A DNA stretch of 64,000 nt, from positions 3,264,001 to 3,328,000 of the forward strand of contig OY762463.1 in the NCBI GenBank assembly GCA_963665815.1, given 5' to 3'. Below the pieces are notes generated by a model. It searched no databases, was not told the DNA's origin, and saw nothing but the letters and a program-made list of their open reading frames with translations. Positions 59,874 to 64,000 of the stretch are shown here, in pieces. Both the position numbers and the translations under genes were made by a program. The DNA is from Candidatus Cloacimonadales bacterium. GTDB taxonomy: Bacteria; Cloacimonadota; Cloacimonadia; Cloacimonadales; JAIOQZ01. Numbering within the stretch: the stretch's first letter is position 1; every line of letters starts with the position of its first letter.

Positions 59874-60587
59874 ATGGATTTGTTTAAAAAACTCTTGAAA
59901 ATGAACTGGATCATGTTGAGAAGGGAGAAACCACAGTATTACATTCTTATTATTATAACAATGCCTGTAATGTATCTGTACTACAAGGTTACTCGAGATA
60001 TTTACCTGAGTCTTGCCTGTACAATATCACTGTTACTGGCTTCTTCTGCTGTGCAATTCCATAAAATCATTATGCTGAAGATAGGGTTGTTTGCTACATT
60101 ACCGATTAAGAGAGGAAAGCTGATGCTGAATCAGATTGCTGCCATATCACTTCTGACCATGCTGCATCTGGTGTTTATTCTGGGAACGTTTACTGTTTAC
60201 TATACAAAATTCTCTGACGTTGATGTTAACTGGCTTTATACTGCACTTTATACGATTCTGGGTGTTGCAGTCAGTATAATCTATGGCAGTTTTTTCCTGC
60301 TTGTAATAAATACGGGAGTAAAGAAGCATCCGTTTGATATTGTGTTCCTGCTCATAATAATGGTGCAGTACCTGTTTCAAAGACCTCTGATAGACTGTTT
60401 TCAGGTGTTTATACCTGTAGTAAAGCAGTTGATTATGGGTGGGGATTATCCATTGACCACTCTCAGGCTGACAATTGCCGGAGGATTTCTTCTCGGGGTT
60501 GGAGTTATGATATACTTCCTCGTGGAGCTTTACGGTAGATTTCAGAAAATGGATATTTCGACGGGAGTAAGAGAATTATTTTACTAA
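59874..60587 (+). CDS. ABC-2 type permease
   Basis: About 6 TMs and a TLPIKR motif; in operon with the ATPase. Confidence 0.7.
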   Translation: MDLFKKLLKMNWIMLRREKPQYYILIIITMPVMYLYYKVTRDIYLSLACTISLLLASSAVQFHKIIMLKIGLFATLPIKRGKLMLNQIAAISLLTMLHLVFILGTFTVYYTKFSDVDVNWLYTALYTILGVAVSIIYGSFFLLVINTGVKKHPFDIVFLLIIMVQYLFQRPLIDCFQVFIPVVKQLIMGGDYPLTTLRLTIAGGFLLGVGVMIYFLVELYGRFQKMDISTGVRELFY

Positions 60588-60603
60588 TTCAGAGGTGTGA
60601 AAT

Positions 60604-61326
60604 ATGAAAAAGACAATGCAGTATACGTGGAATGAGATAAAAGCATCACGGTTATTCTATGCTTTGGGTGGATATCTGCTGATTTTCTGGGTATCTAATA
60701 AAGAATACAATCCTGAAGAGTTGCTGGCAGTGTTGACAGTTTTCATGACAGTTGTTCCCCTGCTGGCTGTTGCCAATACTGCAAAGAGCATGCAGTCGAA
60801 TATCTGTAGAACCTATGTAGCAACAAGTCTGACGAGAAAGGGCTATCTACGATCAAAGTTCATGATACCCCTGATAATCACGGTTTCCTTTTTCCTGATA
60901 ATACTGGGACTCGGAATGTATGCTTCCAATGCTGATCAAGCTGTTAAAAAGAGTCTCCTTACAAACTTTTCCGGATTAGTGATACTGGGGTTCAGCCTTA
61001 TCACTATTCTTGTGGGATTCAATACTGTATTTGTGCTGATGGCAGAACATTTACGATTTGGTCTGGATGTTATAATTGCGATTGCAGTAAACCTTACTAT
61101 TATACTCTCTGCTCCTCGTCTTATTGCTTTTCTAGGCTTTGGCAGAACCTTCCCTGAACATGGAATCAATTCAATTGAAAGTATAACAGGAGTTGATTGG
61201 ATTATTTACGATATTGCTCTGGTAAAGACTTTCTCAGGATTTATTGCAGTGACGGCAGTAACGGCAATTATTTCTTTTCTGCTCTATAAACTGGGGTTGC
61301 GGGTGTTTATGAAGAAGGATTTGTAG
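60604..61326 (+). CDS. ABC-2 type permease
   Basis: About 6 TMs; LTRKGYLRSKF and C-terminal FMKKDL motifs. Confidence 0.7.
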   Translation: MKKTMQYTWNEIKASRLFYALGGYLLIFWVSNKEYNPEELLAVLTVFMTVVPLLAVANTAKSMQSNICRTYVATSLTRKGYLRSKFMIPLIITVSFFLIILGLGMYASNADQAVKKSLLTNFSGLVILGFSLITILVGFNTVFVLMAEHLRFGLDVIIAIAVNLTIILSAPRLIAFLGFGRTFPEHGINSIESITGVDWIIYDIALVKTFSGFIAVTAVTAIISFLLYKLGLRVFMKKDL

Positions 61327-61424
61327 GGATAATGAAGAAAACCATTTTATGTATTATCGGAACTGAAGTGTTCATTAGGCACTTTTGTGATAGTTTTTGT
61401 TGGTTGTGGAATTTGGCTTACAAG

Positions 61425-61685
61425 CTATTTTACATTACCTCCGGATTTCTCCAGAAGATCGAGCTTTTTCAGCCGATCAATCAAAGTAATGATATCAACC
61501 TCAATTCCATCCTCATAGAGTGTGGCTATAGCCCGAAATATAAAACGGTGTGTGCTCTTGTAAAAATGCTTCTCTTCAACAAACTCCAATGCTCTGGAAC
61601 ATGACTGCTCATCAAGCATCATTGCAGAAAGCACAGCCGATTCCGCATCAATATCCTGAGGTAAAACCCTTCTCATACTTCCCAT
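61425..61685 (-). pseudogene. dnaB: Isolated N-terminal fragment of replicative helicase DnaB (86 aa)
   Basis: LPQDIDAESAVLSAMM..HFYKSTHRFIFRAI..VDIITL..LEKSGG matches the DnaB N-domain. It stops 3 codons later and no helicase domain follows in the 98 nt before the convergent gene. Confidence 0.75.
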
Positions 61686-61814
61686 ACATTTCCCCTCTCT
61701 TAACTTAACTCAAATGATCCCCCACAGATCAGTTCATATTACTTCATTCAATAACCTATTTCATCCACTTCTACCACCCAACCCCTCACCCGAGGGGCTG
61801 AATAATTCTTTAGT

Positions 61815-62981
61815 CTATAGTAAAGTATTCAGCACAGATACATCAATAGTTTCTTTTTTCTCATATATCTCAATCAGCGTTTCTTTAATTTCATGTTTCC
61901 TCTTAACTCCCGCAAATGTTTTATCAATGATCTGCCATAAAGAACCGACAAATGCAATAACATCTTTATTGTGAATAACTGTATGTTTCTGAAGACCTAG
62001 AAAATCTCTTATGGATTCTGAAGTTTTAGGGTAAAATACACGTAGATAGCTAAAAAAAACTATTTCTTCATCTGAAACATTGTAATCCTTCAAAGTTTTG
62101 TTGAAATTGTATTGCTTCAGTACTCTTTCAATAACTCTAAAGCTATTATTTTCGAATACTGTGTTGTATTTGTTAATAATACTATATATGTCATTCTGTA
62201 CATCATTATAATGTTTATGAATAAACTTTACAGTATTATAACTAATATATGGCAAATTTATGGAATAATCAAAAATTTTCATATAATAGCTATTTGCAAA
62301 TTCATCCTTAATACTTGGAAACTTGTACTTTATAAAATCTCTGGTTATATTAGGATTTTGTCCAAAAATAAAAATTGCCTTTGCCTTATCAACATTAAAG
62401 TAATTTTTCAGTAACTCAATTATTTTTAAAGTTGTATCAGGGAGACATCTATCCAGATCATCAAAGAAAATAACTAAAGGTTTTTCAGTCTTTTCAAAAA
62501 CTTCATTTGTTAGCGCAATAAATTCCTCCTTTATGCTCAAATGTAGATCATTATATCTTTCATGGATCCCCTTTATAGCCTTATCTATTGTATCGTAAGT
62601 ATTTTTCACTGAATTGAAATCTACTTGTGCTCTATAGAATTTTGAGAAAGCACTTATTCCTGCCATTAAAATTGTAAGCCCGAAAACACTAGTATCCTTT
62701 ATCAAATATTTCATTGTTCTCAGTTCTTTCCCTAATTGTGAAAGAAAAGCTATAAATATGTCACCAGTGTTCTCGTATTCCCATGGATTAAACCATATTG
62801 TGTGGTATCCTGCACCCTCTAACTCCTGCTTAAGTAACTTCATTACAAAAGTTTTACCAGTTCCCCAATTGGCTTCTAACGACAATGAATAAGGGTAAGT
62901 CGTAGTAGTAACTAAAGTGTACAGTCTATTAAAGAAATCCTCTTCATAAATCAAATTTTCTTTACTTATAGTTATGTCCAC
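61815..62981 (-). CDS. KAP family P-loop NTPase
   Basis: Walker A ANWGTGKT, FNPWEY, Walker B FFDDLDRC and KIFDY motifs; AT-rich. GTG start at 62981 follows GGAAGGAG (the track gives 62996). Confidence 0.85.
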   Translation of the reverse strand: MDITISKENLIYEEDFFNRLYTLVTTTTYPYSLSLEANWGTGKTFVMKLLKQELEGAGYHTIWFNPWEYENTGDIFIAFLSQLGKELRTMKYLIKDTSVFGLTILMAGISAFSKFYRAQVDFNSVKNTYDTIDKAIKGIHERYNDLHLSIKEEFIALTNEVFEKTEKPLVIFFDDLDRCLPDTTLKIIELLKNYFNVDKAKAIFIFGQNPNITRDFIKYKFPSIKDEFANSYYMKIFDYSINLPYISYNTVKFIHKHYNDVQNDIYSIINKYNTVFENNSFRVIERVLKQYNFNKTLKDYNVSDEEIVFFSYLRVFYPKTSESIRDFLGLQKHTVIHNKDVIAFVGSLWQIIDKTFAGVKRKHEIKETLIEIYEKKETIDVSVLNTLL

Positions 62982-63224
62982 ATTATCTCCTTCCAAATCC
63001 TTTCAGGCTGTAGTTCATTTTAAATTATTATAACACCAATAACTATAGAAAAATAGTTTCCATCAAACAAAACAACAAATGAACTTCATTTCATCTTGTG
63101 TCAATAATATATTTTTCGACAACCTTCAGAGTACTATCTAATGAGTCAAATATCTGTACTCCAGCAAAGGTCTTTCAGGGAGTAAATCATTAAATGCACC
63201 TTTCTTTTTCAATTCCTAAATCTC

Positions 63225-63428
63225 TTACGGATGTTCTGCAACATACTGAGCAAGCAACAAACGCCCATTATCCTTTGATTTCACAAGTTTCTTAAATAAT
63301 TCATCGAATTTACTAACACATTCCTTCATACTTTCCAAAGTAGGTACATTATCATTAACACTTTCCGGATCCGCACAAGTAGTTGTCGGATTTCCGTTTT
63401 CTTCCATAAATTTTCTAATATCATTCAT
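63225..63428 (-). CDS. Small hypothetical protein
   Basis: 67-aa ORF with AGGA upstream, co-oriented with the KAP gene; no recognisable motif. Confidence 0.35.
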   Translation of the reverse strand: MNDIRKFMEENGNPTTTCADPESVNDNVPTLESMKECVSKFDELFKKLVKSKDNGRLLLAQYVAEHP

Positions 63429-63562
63429 AAATCATTCCTAATTATATTCCCCTCCGAAGTTTTTATGTTTTACAGAAACACCAGAATCCGTGGTGATTCA
63501 ATTATTAGAATTACCTGAGTAACGTGAAGAATTCAAAGAATTATTCAGAGATTTCAATTTCA

Positions 63563-63766
63563 AGAGGGGGGCAAATTCATTTCATCAGGAGAGAAATGAA
63601 TTGGGGTGTGTGAATCACAAATGTAGGGAACAATAATTATTGTCCCGTTTAATACGCATTGACACAGTCAACGCACTCCAAAATAGATAGCATTACCGTG
63701 TAGAGGCAAACGGACGTTTACTCAGGAAACCATTCGCAAGGATAGCTTCGCGAACCATTTCGAAGG
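63563..63766. repeat. Cluster of REP-like palindromes (two GTAG-type)
   Basis: GTAGGGAACAATAATTATTGTCCC (63623-63646), GTAGAGGCAAACGGACGTTTACTC (63700-63723), an AATTCATTTC..GAAATGAATT hairpin (~63574-63602), and a doubled ACCATT..AAGG unit (63729-63766). Confidence 0.55.
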
Positions 63767-63849
63767 GACCTTCCCACATCCCGCAATATTATATTGACAA
63801 ATAAACAGGGCGTAAATTCTTTTAAAAGAAAAATATAAGGAGTTACCAA

Positions 63850-64000
63850 TTGAAAAATATTCTTGTAATGGGTGCTGCCGGACAAATCGGGTCAGAATTA
63901 ACACCAGCATTAAGAAAGATTTACGGAAATGCTAATGTTGTAGCATCAGATATTAAAGAAGACGTGCCTGCTGTTCTTTGCGAAGACGGTCCTTACGAAG
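63850..64000 (+). CDS. NAD-dependent epimerase/SDR-type L-threonine 3-dehydrogenase (3' truncated by window edge)
   Basis: AAGGAG RBS then TTG: MKNILVMGAAGQIGSELTPALRKIYGNANVVASDI. Not in the ORF track. Confidence 0.8.
   Translation, partial: MKNILVMGAAGQIGSELTPALRKIYGNANVVASDIKEDVPAVLCEDGPYE

Noticed and set aside
61332..61604. 90-aa + strand ORF following the ABC permeases
   Set aside because: It overlaps the clearly homologous DnaB fragment on the opposite strand and has no motif, so it is likely a shadow ORF.
384..62414. Numerous 60-170 aa ORFs antisense to or nested in long genes in the ORF track
   Set aside because: These are shadow ORFs of well-supported genes, with no RBS or motif support.
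63438..63560. Possible pseudogene tail on the minus strand with an internal TGA (..YSGNSNN*ITTDSGVSVKHKNFGGEYN*)
   Set aside because: It is too short and has no recognisable homology.
63585..63770. Possible glycine riboswitch upstream of the threonine dehydrogenase-like gene (GGAGAG and CTCAGG words)
   Set aside because: The CCGAAG/GCAA core is not in the right order, the region is better explained as REP-like palindromes, and a TTGACA promoter box lies downstream of it.

Overview
AT-rich bacterial chromosomal window. It is most likely from Candidatus Cloacimonadota, inferred from the secreted proteins ending in PNPFNP...NIKGQK C-terminal domains and from overall gene content. Most of it is housekeeping: uppP-holA-era, queE, a ferredoxin-fused etfA, dtxR-feoB-feoA-feoC, an aroD/aroE fusion, xerC, L20 leader-infC(ATA start)-rpmI-rplT-pheST-zapB-zapA-6S RNA-rny-ymdB-folD, ftcd, guaD, rpmE-DUF1385-prfA, and a YtrA-type ABC operon. 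Accessory content is scattered through it. There are three stand-alone, very AT-rich defence-like genes: a >1090-aa SIR2-domain protein, a PD-(D/E)xK-like nuclease-NACHT fusion, and a KAP NTPase followed by an isolated DnaB N-terminal fragment. There is a ~384/418-bp non-coding MITE-like element in two full copies plus a fragment, with 14-bp TIRs and unusually long 14-15-bp target duplications, and several REP-like palindrome families. An ABC-F gene carries a double-terminator/antiterminator leader with uORFs. Also present are an internally deleted secreted-protein pseudogene, an EIIA-antiporter-PII-like triad, and a glycosyltransferase/ATP-grasp/N5-(carboxyethyl)ornithine synthase operon that may decorate a surface glycan with an opine-type amino acid. 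No rRNA, tRNA or CRISPR array was seen.
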